The position numbers and the translations under genes are program-made. From Octopus sinensis (Eukaryota): 64,000 nt of DNA. Where the stretch lies: NCBI RefSeq assembly GCF_006345805.1, contig NC_043009.1:60698001-60762000 (forward strand), written 5' to 3'. The notes under the pieces are model-generated. The model was given only the letters and a program-made list of their open reading frames with translations. It was not told the origin of the DNA and ran no database searches. Shown piece after piece: positions 1 to 11,847 of the stretch; position 1 is the first letter of the stretch; each line of letters starts with the position of its first letter.

Positions 1-259
1 TAAATGCGCCCTTTTAAAGCCTAGCCAGGCTCATGGGTCTGGTTTCCCGGTTTCTATGGCGTATGTGTTCCCCAGCTGGATTGGACGCCAGTCCATCGCA
101 GCGTTACTCATTTTTGCCAGCTGAGTGGACTGGACTGAGTGGACTGTGAAATGAAGTGTTTTGCTCAAGAATACAACGTGTCGCCCGGTCCAGGAATCGA
201 AACCACAATCTTACAATCATGATGCTGACACCCTAACCACTAAACCAACGCGCCTCCAC
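1..259 (-). mobile_element. tRNA-derived SINE (V-domain-like body)
   Basis: Minus strand starts with a tRNA-like head (A box TGGTTTAGTGG, B-box-like GGTTTCGATTCC), followed by CTTGAGCAAAACAC and CTGCGATGGACTGGCG. Related pieces occur at ~11855, ~42620-42825 and ~57670. Confidence 0.7.
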
Positions 260-260
260 A

Positions 261-950
261 AAGGTGATGCATTAGATAGAAATAAATAGAGGTATCAAAT
301 TGTTGGATCAGGTGATGAAAGTCATGAACAGGGTCATAGACCAACTACTCAGGGAGGGAGTTAGTCTAAGTGAGATGCAGTTTAGGTTTGTGCCAGGGAG
401 AAGCACCACTGATGCTATATTTTGACAGCTGCAGGAGAAATACCTAGCCAAAGATAAACCTTTGTACCTGGTTTTGTTGACATGGAGAAAACCTTTGACA
501 GGGTCCTCTGCCCCCTTATCTGGTGGTCAATGCAAAAATGAGAGATAGGAAAGTGGTTGGTGAAAGTTGTACAAGCCATTACAGGGATGCAGTCAGTAAG
601 GTGAGGGTTTGCAATGAGTATAGCACAGAATTCAGGGTACAAGTAGGGTTCACCTTGGACCAGGGGTCAGTTCCATCTTGTTCATCATAGTCCTCCAGGC
701 AATAACAGAGGGATTTAAGGCATGCTGCCCTTGGGAGTTCCTCTATGCTGATGACTTTATTTTTATTGCGGAATCACTACCAGAACTAGAGCAGAAATTC
801 CAGGTGTGGAAGCAAGGTCTAGAATCAAAGGGCATTAGAGCTAACCTAACAAAAACCAAAGCAGACAATTCACAAATCCTCTCAGGTAGATGACCCTGCT
901 AGATCTGTAGGAAAGGTGTAGATAGAAATTCCATAAGATGTATTTACCCC
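261..950 (+). pseudogene. RTE-clade LINE reverse transcriptase remnant (frameshifted)
   Basis: Translations across frames give QFRFVPGRSTTDAIF, LQEKYLAKDKPLYL, DMEKTFDRV and LFIIVLQAITE...EFLYADD. Confidence 0.85.
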
Positions 951-954
951 TGTA

Positions 955-1360
955 TTTACCCCTTTGCTTGCGAAGACCTGTTGGGGCAAGTGAAATCGAA
1001 ATCGAAATCAGAATCGAAATTGAACCAATCCTATGACTGGCACCCGGCAGATGCCAGGACCCCTGGACTGGTGGTACGTAAAAAGCACTAGCCGAAGCCA
1101 GTGCCGCCTCAACTGGCACGTAAAATGCACCAATCCGACCGTGGCCGTTGCCAGCCTCACCTGGCACCTATGCAGGTGGCACGTAAAAAGCACCCACTAC
1201 ACTCACGGAGTGGTTGGCGTTAGGAAGGGCATCCAGCTGTAGAAACATTGCCAGATAAGACTGGAGCCTGGTGCAGCCTTCTGGCTTCCCAGATCCCCGG
1301 TCGAACCATCCAACCCATGCCAGCATGGAGAACGGACGTTAAACGATGATGATGATGATG
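955..1360 (+). mobile_element. SINE with internal ~60-bp repeats and (GAT)n tail, inserted in the RTE remnant
   Basis: Contains GGCACGTAAAAAGCACC repeats, GGCGTTAGGAAGGGCATCCAGC, CCAACCCATGCCAGCATGG and a (GAT)n tail. Many copies occur in the window (19200, 26140, 50160, 58990, 60210, 60800). Confidence 0.8.
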
Positions 1361-1795
1361 TACCTGATGTAAGCTATGGACACATAAGAGGTGCAGTAAT
1401 ATCAGAGGAAGGTTAACAGGGAAACTAGCTTTTGTGTGTGGAAGGTGCACAGGTATGATTAACACTAAAAATGTACAGAAAAACACTCCATCAAATGCCA
1501 GGGGGAAAAATTAAAAGTAGTTGATCCCTTCTCTTTCATTACCTAGATGACCAAGTCAGTAGCAGAGGTGGATGCTCCAACAGCATAGCTGCTAGAATAA
1601 GAATAGGTTGGGCAAAGTTCAGAGAACTTAAACATCTATTGGTAACAAAGGGCCTCTCTCTCAAAGTGAAGGGCAAATTGTATGATGCCTGTGTGCAAAC
1701 AGGCATGCTACATGTCTGTGAAACATGGACTATGACTGCTGAGGACATGCATAGGTTTGAAAGAAATGCAGCTAGCATACTTTGCTGGATGTGCA
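1361..1795 (+). pseudogene. RTE LINE C-terminal remnant
   Basis: Translates to ARIRIGWAKFRELKHLLVTKGLSLKVKGKLYDACVQTGMLHVCETW, typical of the RTE post-RT region. Confidence 0.8.
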
Positions 1796-2790
1796 GACCA
1801 ACATGAAAAGCTCCATTGAAAATCAAAGAGCTGTGGCAGAACAGTGGGTAATCAAAAACATCAAACAGAACCTAAAAGTGTTCTGTTCTTATGCAAATAA
1901 GTATAGAACCACTGTCTTACCCATTGGGCCATTGATTGATGATAACGGCATTCCCCAACACGATGCTAAAGAAATGGCAGAAATACTGCAGAAACAATAC
2001 TGCTCTGTCTTTAGTGATCATAAGTGAAGCAAACAAAGTTGATTCCCAGCATAAAATCTCGGACATAACCTTCACTACCTCGGACATCATAGCAACAATA
2101 AATAAGGTCAAATACTATTCTGCTGTAGGCCCTGATAGATTCCCCGCTAGTCTCCAGAAGGAATGTAGACTCCAACTTGCAGTCCCTTTGACCAACCTCT
2201 GGAGAAATTCGTTAGACTCAGGTTATATACCGAAACAGCTCCTATCCCAGTCTGTCAACCCGGTTTTCAAACAGAAAAACAGATCCCACCCCCGCAGTCA
2301 ACTATCGCCCAGTCTTACTCACCTCCCACATCATTAAAGTGTTTGAAAGAGTGATAAGATCAAGGATAGCTGATGTCCTGACCCACAAACTCCTAAATGC
2401 AAGTCAACATTGAAGATATACTTAAAGCCTTATCATATATCAAAGTCATATATCTTGACTTCAGTAAAGCATTCGACAGGGTTGATCATAATATCTTACT
2501 CTCAAAATTGGCAAATGTTGGAATTCGTGGAAAACTTCTACACTTGATTAAGTATTTCCTGGCGAATAGATCACAACATGTTGTGGTCGATGGAGTCCTC
2601 TCAAGCCCAGCAAAAGTCACCAGTGGTATCCCTCAGGAGACTGTCTTGGGCCCCGCTCTTCTTTATAATTTACATAAATGACCCTTCCAGCGTTGTAACT
2701 CACTGCAAAGTGAAAATATTTGCTGATGACACTAAGCTCCAGAAAATCATCAACGAAGAGGAAGACCGAACTCAACTCCAGTCTGATCTA
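1796..2790 (+). pseudogene. CR1/L2-type LINE RT remnant
   Basis: Translates to SAVGPDRFPA, IYLDFSKAFDRVDH, VTSGIPQETVLGP, FIIYIND and KIFADDTKL, with frameshifts. Confidence 0.85.
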
Positions 2791-2808
2791 TAGAGTATAT
2801 AGATAAAA

Positions 2809-2848
<40 letters not shown>

Positions 2849-2972
2849 GATGTACCTGATGTAAGCTATGGGCCATAGACACACATTATGCATTGTTATA
2901 AATCCGTCTAATAAAGGTCCGAAACATATGTACCGCTGAATCCTTGGCATCATGTTTTTATTTTGATTAATT

Positions 2973-3003
<31 letters not shown>

Positions 3004-3228
3004 CATTATTATTATATAAATATATATATATGATCCGGTTCTTGACTGAAGATTGAAGGCTTTGAATGTCCCGTCTGTGTTTTTTGTGTCGTCTTCTAGA
3101 TGTTTCACGTTCTTGTCCCAGTTTGTATTTTTTTCCATTTACATATGCTATTAAGTTAGACATGGCCTGGGCCAATAATGGCCGAAACCTATCAAAGTAT
3201 CAAAGTATATATATATATATATATATAT

Positions 3229-3537
3229 ATCTATACAATATGTTACATTACTCGGTAGTCAAGATAAAACTCTGAGTTTCAGATGCCGAAGTGGAAATCC
3301 ACAACACCATCTCTTCGGTTATCTGGCTATTTGAAAACGTTATGAAAAATTTTTTCATAACGTTTTCAAATAGCCAGATAACCGAAGAGATGGTGTTGTG
3401 GATTTCCACTTCGGCATCTGAAACTCAGAGTTTTATCTTGACTACCGAGTAATGTAACATATTGTATAGATAAATTTCCTCTATTTACATAATATTGAGG
3501 TCTCTTTCTTTCTTTTGTTATCTTACCGTTTTATCAA
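3229..3537. mobile_element. Fold-back element family A (~120-bp arms plus one-sided tail) with hammerhead-like motif; probable Penelope-like pLTR derivative
   Basis: Near-perfect palindrome 3229-3471 centred at ~3350, with a tail to 3537 and (TA)n on both sides. A second copy lies inverted at 16639-16910. Confidence 0.75.
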
Positions 3538-3554
3538 TATATATATATATATAG

Positions 3555-3960
3555 ATAAAATATTATTCGAGACAAAACCACTATTTTGCAAAACAAACAA
3601 GGAAAGACTTAATTAATACATAAAATTTTAATAAATAGTCAAAAAAACCGCCACTACAATCGTTTCTTGTCTTGATCGACAATCTTCAGGTGGACTTCCA
3701 ATAATTCAGTGTCAAATTTTGACACTGAATTATTGGAAGTCCACCTGAAGATTGTCGATCAAGACAAGAAACGATTGTAGTGGCGGTTTTTTTGACTATT
3801 TATTAAAATTTTATGTATTAATTAAGTCTTTCCTTGTTTGTTTTGCAAAATAGTGGTTTTGTCTCGAATAATATTTTATAATTTTTTACTATAAAATCGA
3901 TTTAATCCTAAATCTGATTTTTTCCCTGTAAATTTGGATTTATTCCCTAATATTTATTAT
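3555..3960. mobile_element. Fold-back element family B (~160-bp arms plus tail) with hammerhead ribozyme
   Basis: Palindrome 3555-3879 centred at ~3717, with a tail to 3960 and (TA)n flanks. Related single-arm copies occur at ~31925-32160 and 54074-54262. Confidence 0.8.
3741..3783 (+). ncRNA. Minimal type-I hammerhead ribozyme (mirror copy on minus strand ~3650-3692)
   Basis: ccac CTGAAGA ttgtc-gatcaa-gacaa GAAA cgattg TA gtgg: stem I, core, stem II, near-palindromic stem III and a GUA cleavage triplet. Confidence 0.85.
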
Positions 3961-4013
3961 TATATATATATAGATATATATATATAGATATATAGATATA
4001 GATATAGATATAG

Positions 4014-4050
<37 letters not shown>

Positions 4051-4053
4051 TAC

Positions 4054-4088
<35 letters not shown>

Positions 4089-4199
4089 TGTATGTATGTA
4101 TGTATAAATATGTGTGTTTGTGTGTGTAAAGAATACAGGGGAGGGAATGAGAATCAGAAAGAGTCTCACACACACACACACACACACACATCAAAAAAT

Positions 4200-4576
4200 A
4201 CTTTGATAGAGAAGTAGCAAGTGGAAGTGAGAGGAAGAAAGGAGTGGTAGAATAAACAAACTGGATTCATGATGAGGAGGAGTAGAAAGAGTAGAAGGTG
4301 GTGGTGGGGGAGAGAAGTAAAGCAGTCAGGGTTATAGGTGCCAAAGCAGATTGAATGACGTTGAGGAAGGGGAGGAGGTGAGCACCACTTTGCAGTGATG
4401 ATGGGGGTGGGAAGATAGAGGAGGTGAGCACCATTTTGTGGGTGATGACGTGGGGGGGAGATAAATCGTGACACAGTCGATAGAAGTTATAAGTTCTTGA
4501 TTACTCAGAATATGTATCAGTTTTTCTTCTATGTCTGTGATCACCATACACTGTTTCAAATCCGTCACAGGTGAGT
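4200..4576 (+). promoter_or_regulatory. Candidate promoter / first non-coding exon ending in a splice donor
   Basis: Non-repetitive purine-rich block with two TGACGT sites (4356, 4446) and a consensus donor CAG|GTGAGT at 4570/4571, followed by T-rich intron-like sequence. Confidence 0.4.
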
Positions 4577-4960
4577 TGTATTACAATGGTATAAATATTT
4601 TTTTATTGTCATTCTCTACCTGTGGTTCGTTTGTATGTTTTTTTTGTTGTTTTTTTTTACCTTTTCGTTTCCTTTTCATTCCATCACTTTTGCTAAATCA
4701 GACACTAAAATTACCTTCTTGTTGAAATATCTAAGTTGTAATTTACCTCTATTTTAGATTTTTCTATACTAGCCGTCATATCCTAACCCTAACCCTAACG
4801 GCCCCTACACATTTGGCCCCTTTCTACATTAACAAGCTAAATCATACGAGTAATGGTACTAAGGCTAGTCTCATTGTCTAGGCTCACTGACACACACGCT
4901 TTTCCACCCATACTAGCAATTTCTTCTTATTTAAGAAACCATCATTATTATTATTATTAT

Positions 4961-5500
4961 TGAGTGAGAGAGCAGTTCATGCCATCAAAGTGACACTGGG
5001 GTAAAATATACGAAGCCCAATATACCCATCATGACTACCCGTCTGATAAGGGTACACCAGGCACATGCATCAGAACCATATGTGCGCGACATGGTGATCT
5101 CATATCAAGATAAACAGCACATGACCTTGCAGGTGGGGCCCAGTTAGAATTTTCTTCAGGTTGAGTAGCCCATCCTGCTCAAAAGGTCCCTGAATAAGGG
5201 TTGTTTAAGGATGTTGAAAGAACCACCCATGTTTCCAGAGGTGAATTATTCAAACCCCAAAGAATCCCTCTCAACACATGGCTATGATGCTCCCCCACTA
5301 CTTCTGCTCGTGATCAGAGATGCACATATCGTCAGCCAATAAGGGACATGCTCAACTGGTTAAGGTAAAACAACTGACAAGCAAATCTGTGGTATTGAGC
5401 AGAATATTTGCTGTAGCCCATCTTTTATACCAAGACAAAACAATGTACATGATAACACTTCCAATCAGTTAAGATCAGAAGCCATGAGAGCCAATGCCTG

Positions 5501-5502
<2 letters not shown>
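4961..5502. repeat. Probable interspersed element of unknown class embedded in (TAA)n
   Basis: A higher-GC ~540-bp block bounded sharply by (ATT)n on both sides, with no confident ORF. Confidence 0.4.
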
Positions 5503-5536
<34 letters not shown>

Positions 5537-5551
5537 TATTATTATTATTGT

Positions 5552-5708
5552 TGGTGGTGGTATTCCATCCGCCTTCATGTTGTGAGTTCAAATTCCAACT
5601 TTCATTCTTTCAGAGTCAAAAAAATAAGTACCAGTTGAGTACTGGGGGTCGATGTAATTGACTATACCCCTCCCCAAAATTTTAGGCTTTGTGTCTATAG
5701 TAGAAAAA

Positions 5709-5763
<55 letters not shown>

Positions 5764-6110
5764 GTGGTGGTATTCCGTCTGCCTTCATGTTCTGAGTTCA
5801 AATTCCAACTTTCATCCTTTCAGAGTAAATAAAATAAGTACCAGTTGAGTACTGGGGGTCGATGTAATTGACTATACCCCTCCCCAAAATTTTAGGCCTT
5901 GTGTCTATAGTAGAAAAATATTATTATATTATTATTATTATTATTATTATTATTGGTGGTGGTATTCCGTCCGCCTTCATGTTCTGAGTTCAAATTCCAA
6001 CTTTCATCCTTTCAGAGTCAATAAAATAAGTACTAGTTGAGTACTGTGGGTCGATGTAATTGACTATACCTCTCCCCAAAATTTTAGGCCTTGTGTCTAT
6101 AGTAGAAAAA

Positions 6111-6153
<43 letters not shown>

Positions 6154-6310
6154 GGTGGTGGTATTCCGTCCGCCTTTGTGTTCTGAGTTCAAATTCCAAC
6201 TTTCATCCTTTCAGAGTCAATAAAATAAGTACCAGTTGAGTACTGGCGGTCGATGTAATTGACTATACTCCTCCCCCAAATTTTAGGCCTTGTGTCTATA
6301 GTAGAAAAAT
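5552..6310 (+). repeat. Tandem array of 4 truncated SINE bodies separated by (TTA)n
   Basis: The unit GGTGGTATTCC...GAGTTCAAATTCCAACTTTCATCC...ATAGTAGAAAAATA occurs four times. Confidence 0.9.
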
Positions 6311-6376
6311 ATTATTATTATTATTATTATTATTATATTATAATTATTATTATTACCATTATTATTATCATTATTA

Positions 6377-6413
<37 letters not shown>

Positions 6414-6421
6414 CATTATCA

Positions 6422-6459
<38 letters not shown>

Positions 6460-6496
6460 ATTATTATTATTACCATTATTATTATCATTATTATTA

Positions 6497-6527
<31 letters not shown>

Positions 6528-6547
6528 CATTATCATCATTATTATTA

Positions 6548-6578
<31 letters not shown>

Positions 6579-6606
6579 CATTATCATCATTATTATTATT
6601 ATTATT
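6311..6606. repeat. (ATT/ATC)n microsatellite
   Basis: Read directly from the sequence; it produces the poly-Ile ORF artefacts. Confidence 0.95.
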
Positions 6607-7390
6607 CAGTAGTTTTATTTTTATAGCGTGCTTTCACTTCACTACCGAGCGCAGCTCAGTGTGCCTTGGGTATGTGCTGTGATTTGTTGTGATGCTCTGA
6701 TGGTTATTGTATGGAAAGTGTTCTGCGTAGGATGTGTGCAGTGCCAAGTAGTGCAATTTTCTGTATGTTATATGAGTTTGTAAGTGCTGGTGTTTTTGTT
6801 ATGTATTTGTCTGAATATTTTTTTATCATGCCTAATGCACTTACTATGATAGGAATTGTTTCTGTTTTCAGATTCCACATTCTAGTTACCTCTATTTCAT
6901 GGTCTTTGTATTTTGAGAGTTTCTCCATTTCTTTTAGAGACACGTTGTCATCAGCCGGTATTGATACATCAATTAGAAAGCATTTTTTTCTTCATGATCT
7001 CTGACAACTATATCTGGTCTGTTGGCCTTAATTTCTCTATCTGTGTGTATCGGCATATCCCAGAGTATGGTTGCTTTCTCGTTTTCTGTGACCTTTTCTG
7101 GTGTGTGCCTATACCATCTTTTTTCTGTTGTTATTCCATAATGTTGGCATAGCTTCCAATGTATGTAGGTTCCAACTCTGTCATGTCTGTGAATATATTC
7201 CTTCTTAGCCAGGACTGGGCAGCTAGAGATAATATGATTTATTGTTTCTTGTCCATCTCCACATATTCTGCAGTTACTTGTAATATTCTTTTCATTACAT
7301 GTTTTTGGTAATTTCTGGGGGGAGGCTTTGGTCTTGTGCTGCAATTAAAAATCCCTCTGTTTCTGCTTTGAGTCCTGAGCTTCTCAACCA
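6606..7390 (-). mobile_element. R4/Dong-clade non-LTR retrotransposon 3' fragment (CCHC + restriction-like endonuclease)
   Basis: Translates to CRICGDGQETINHIISSC, HDRV, ANRPDIVV, EKLSKYKD, IPIIVSALG and IQKIALLGTAHILRRTL*, then a 3'UTR. Flanked by (TAA)n, the known Dong target. Confidence 0.9.
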
Positions 7391-7413
7391 ATTATTATTA
7401 TTATTATTATTAC

Positions 7414-7461
<48 letters not shown>

Positions 7462-7480
7462 CATTATTATTATTATTATT

Positions 7481-7699
7481 AGTCAGCAAGCTGGCAGAAT
7501 CATTAAGCTCACCAGACAAAATGCTTACCAGCTTTTCATCCATCCTTACATTCTGTGTTCAAATTCCACTGAGGTCGACTTTGCCTGTCATCCTTTCGGG
7601 GTCGATAAATTAAGTACCAATCAAGTACTAGGGTTGATGTGATTGATTATTCCCCACCCACCCACAAATTCCAGGCCTTGTGCCAATGGTAGAAAGGAT
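7481..7699 (+). mobile_element. tRNA-derived SINE (Meta-domain-like core), representative of many copies (7835, 8225, 9600, 9870, 11110, 11315, 34875, 57915, etc.)
   Basis: Contains AGCTGGCAGAAT (A box), GTTCAAATTCC (B box) and GACTTTGCCTTTCATCCTTTCGGGGTCGATAAATTAAGTACC. Confidence 0.8.
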
Positions 7700-7710
7700 T
7701 ATTATTATTA

Positions 7711-7768
<58 letters not shown>

Positions 7769-8049
7769 CATCATCATCATCATTATTCGCAGTAGTAGTA
7801 GTAGTAGTAGTAGTAGAAATAATAGCAGTAGTAAGGTGGCACCTGGCAGAATCATTAGCATGCCGGGCAAAATGCTTAGTGGCATTTCGTCCATCCTTAC
7901 ATTCTGAGTTCAAATTCCAGTTGGGCACAAGAGATGATGTAACTGGCTTAACCTCTTCCCCAAAACTGCTGGCTTTGTGCCAAAATTTGAAATCATCATC
8001 ATTATTATTATTATTATTATTACTATTATTATTATTATTATTATTATTG

Positions 8050-8198
8050 CCTTTGGCACAGCTTCTAACGCTGGAGGTGTACTACAGTGTCAGCTGTTCA
8101 CTACCAGTGAACTAAGGTAACATCTCTTATTTTTCGAGCACCTTCTGGAGTATTTGAGCAGTTCCAAGCAGTGCTGTTTTCTGCAAGTGATCGACCCT
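8050..8198 (-). mobile_element. Second R4/Dong family, extreme 3' end
   Basis: Minus strand reads RVDHLQKTALLGTAQILQKVLEK*, followed by a different 3'UTR ending in (TAA)n. Confidence 0.75.
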
Positions 8199-8452
8199 TA
8201 TATTATTGTTGTTGTTGTTGTTACGGTGGTGAGCTGGCTGAATCGGTAGCACGCTTGACAAAATGCTTAGCGGTATTTCACCCGTCGCTATGTTTTGAGT
8301 TCAAATTCTGTTGAGGTTGACTTTGCCTTTCGTCCTTTCAGGATTGAATTAAGTACCAGTGAAATAGTGGGGACGATGTTATTGACTAGTCCCCTTCCCT
8401 CAAAATTGAGGCCTTGTGCCTCTAGTAGAAAGGATTATTATTATTATTATTA

Positions 8453-8485
<33 letters not shown>

Positions 8486-8507
8486 CATTATTATTATTAT
8501 CATTATT

Positions 8508-9470
8508 ATTCAGTAGTTTTATTTTTATAACATGCTTTCACTTTACTACTGAGCGCAGCTCTGTGTATCTTGGGTATGTGCTGTGGTTTGGTTTGATGCT
8601 CTGATGGTTGCTGTATTGAAAGTGTTCTGCGTAGGATGTGTGCAGTGCCAAGTAGTGCAATTTTCTGTATGTTATGTATAAATTTGTAAGTCCTGGTGTT
8701 TATATTATGTATTTGTCTGAATATTTTTTATCATACCTAATGCACCTACTATGATAGGAATTGTTTCTGTTTTTAGATTCCACATTCGAGTTACCTCTAT
8801 TTCATGGTCTTTGTATTTTGAAAGTTTCTCCATTTCTTTTAGAGACACGTTGTCATCTGCTGGTATTGATACATCAATTAGAAAGCATTTTTTTCTTCAT
8901 GATCTCTGACAACTATATCTGGTCTGTTGGCCTTAATTTCTCTATCTGTGTGTATTGGCATATCCCAGAGTATGGTTGCTTTCTCATTTTCTGTGACCTT
9001 TTCTGGTGTGTGCCTATACCATCTTTTTTCTGTTGTTATTCCATAGTGTTGGTATAGCTTCCAGTGTATGTAGGTCCCAACTCTGTCATGTCTATAAATA
9101 TATTCCTTCTTAGCCAGGACTGGGCAGCCAGAGATAATATGATTTATTGTTTCTTGTCCATCTCCACATATTCTGCAGTAACTTGTTATGTTTCTTTTCA
9201 TTATGTGTTTTTGGTAATTTCTGGTCTTGTGGTCTTGTGCTGCAATTAAAAATCCTTCAATCTCTGCTTTGAGTCCTGAGCTTCTCAACCATTGCTGGGA
9301 TTTTTCTCTTTCTATTTCTTTTGCATTTAGTTTAGCTCAGTATTTGCCATGAAGCCCAGTATTTGCCATGAAGCCCAGTATTTGCCTTTCATTCTTGCCA
9401 TTGTTTTATCATGGTCCATTGCTGCTCTAGTTTTAGTTTGGATTTCATTTGTTTTATAGTTTTTGTTGTT
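8508..9470 (-). mobile_element. R4/Dong-clade retrotransposon 3' fragment, second copy
   Basis: Near-identical to 6606-7390 but extends further 5' (QQWLRSSGLKAE). The 3' end abuts (TAA)n. Confidence 0.9.
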
Positions 9471-9489
9471 TCTTCTTCTTCTTCTTCTT

Positions 9490-9520
<31 letters not shown>

Positions 9521-9543
9521 GTATGTCCTTAAAGTTATTATCA

Positions 9544-9585
<42 letters not shown>

Positions 9586-10711
9586 TATTATTATTATTAA
9601 GGTGGTGAGCTGACAGAATCAATAGTATATGAGACAAAATGCTTTCTGGAATATTGTCTCTATTCTACATTTTGATATGAAATTCCATCGCAGTTGACTT
9701 TGCCTTCTATCCTTTCAGGTTCGATAGAATATGTACCAATCGAGTACTGAATTCTATGTAATCAGCTTACTCCTTCCCTTAACCTGCTGGCCTTGTGCCA
9801 AAATTCAAAACCATTTGGAGAGAAATGAGTTGGCAAAAGGTGTCACATGGTATTTGGGTTCAACTTTTAAAGGTGGTAAGCTGACAGAATCGTTAGAATG
9901 CCAGACAAAATGCTTAGTGGCATTTCGTTTGTCTTCAGGTTTTAAGTTCAAATTCCACTGAGGTCAACTTTGCCTTTCATTCTTTCAGGGTCAATCAAAT
10001 AAGTACCCGTTCAGTACTGGGGTCAATGTAATTGACTAGTCCCCTCCTCCAAAATTTCAGGCCTTGTGCCTATAGTGGAAAGGATTATTATTATTATTTT
10101 CATTATCATCTTCTTTCAATTCTGTTATCATCTCTTACCGAGTGTCTTCATGACACCTAGGGCAGAGAAACGCATTGTATACATTGGAATGCCATTAAAA
10201 TAAACACACCAGATTGTTCATTTACAAAGTCAGGTGAGAGAGAAAGTGGGGAAGAAAGACAGAGAGAAAAATAAAAAAGTAAATAAAGAAAATAAAGGGT
10301 GGGAAAAAGTGAAAGAAAATTTACAGTGACTGTACTCTTCTTAGTGTGTGTGACAGTCATTTGCACTTCCTACATGGATGGCAAACCTATTATCATCACT
10401 ATTCAAACCACACCTGAAGCTGAATATAAATACCTGGACATGAGTTGTGCTATTTACACATTCTATTTACACATTCTACTCCTGCCAGGATCAACATTCT
10501 CTTTCATCCTTTTAATTTCAACAAAATAAGGGACCAGTCTAGTAAGTATCCCCTTCAGTCACAAATGACTATGGGATTACACCTAAAAAGTTTCCCTCCA
10601 ATGCACATGCCCACTGAAAGTTGTTTGTGGAAGACCAGCATTTACCCATGCATACCAGTCTCCCTTCTCTACTATCGTTGTTCAAGGGAAAGGCAAACAC
10701 AAACTATTGTT

Positions 10712-11091
10712 ATTATTGCCTCCACCTTAGCGAAGGCAGGGGTATTGTTTTCAGTCATGTTTGTTTGTATGTCTGTTTGTCCATGGACAAGACATCTCAA
10801 GAACCACTGGATGGATTCGGATGAAACTTTCAGGGATGTTTGGCCTTGTGACTGACACAAACTGATTAGATTTTGGGACCAATCTGGTACTGAACAAGGA
10901 TTCTGGATTATTTTTCTTGTGTTTTTACTTAATTTTTGTGAGCAGTCAGGATCATTTTTAGTATTCTCATTTGTGAGAGAAGTCGAGTTTATTTCAGATA
11001 TCCTCGTTTTAAAAATCATCATCTCTGGCTAATCATTGAGAGGACATTGGTGTTGCCTTGGCAGAGGTTTGCACTCTCTTAGTGCTCTTGT
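10712..11091 (+). mobile_element. Helentron-associated (HINE/DINE-like) non-autonomous element
   Basis: Begins TTATTGCCTCCACC, has an internal TGTT/TGTC tract, an inverted subterminal CCTTGGCAGAGG, a 3' GCACT...AGTGC hairpin and TT flanks. Confidence 0.6.
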
Positions 11092-11814
11092 TATTACTAC
11101 TGTTACTAGTCAGCACACTGAGCAACATGCTTAGCGGTGTTTTGTCTGCTGCTACGTTCTGAGTTCAAATTCCACTGAGGTTGACTTTGCCTTTCGTTCT
11201 TTTGGGGGTCAATAAATTAAGTACTAGTGAAACATAGGGGTCGATGTAATCGACTAGTCCCTGCCCCCAAAATTTCAGGCCTTGTGCCTTTAGTAGAAAG
11301 GACTATTATTAAGGCTGCGAGCTGGCAGAATTGTTAGCACACTGGGCGAAATGCTTACAGTATTTCGTCTGCCACTATGTTCTGAGTTCAAATTCCACCA
11401 AGGTTGACTATAACTGTCATCCTTTCAGGGTCGATAAATTAAGTACCAGTGAAATACTGGGATCCATATAATCAATTTATCCCCTCTATTATAAAGATGG
11501 AAACCCTAATGCACCAAACAAAATGCTTGGCATCATTTCGTCTATCTTCATGCTCTGAGTCCAAACTCCACCAAGGTCAATAAAATAAGTACCAGCTGAG
11601 CATTGGGGTGCAGGGGAGGGGCATGTAGCCAACTTACCCTCTCCACTGAAATTGCTGGCCTTGTGCCAAAGTTCAAAACACTCATCATCTTCATCATTAT
11701 TAGTGGTAGTGGTGGCGGTGGTGGTGGTGGTGGTGGTGGTGGTTGCAGTGGTAGTGGTTGTAGTAGTGGTGGTGGTAGTAGTAGTAGCATGTGTTTGTGT
11801 GTGTGTGTGTAAAT

Positions 11815-11847
<33 letters not shown>

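Noticed and set aside
4782-4799. Telomere-like (TAACCC)n
   Set aside because: Only about 3 units, too short to call an interstitial telomere.
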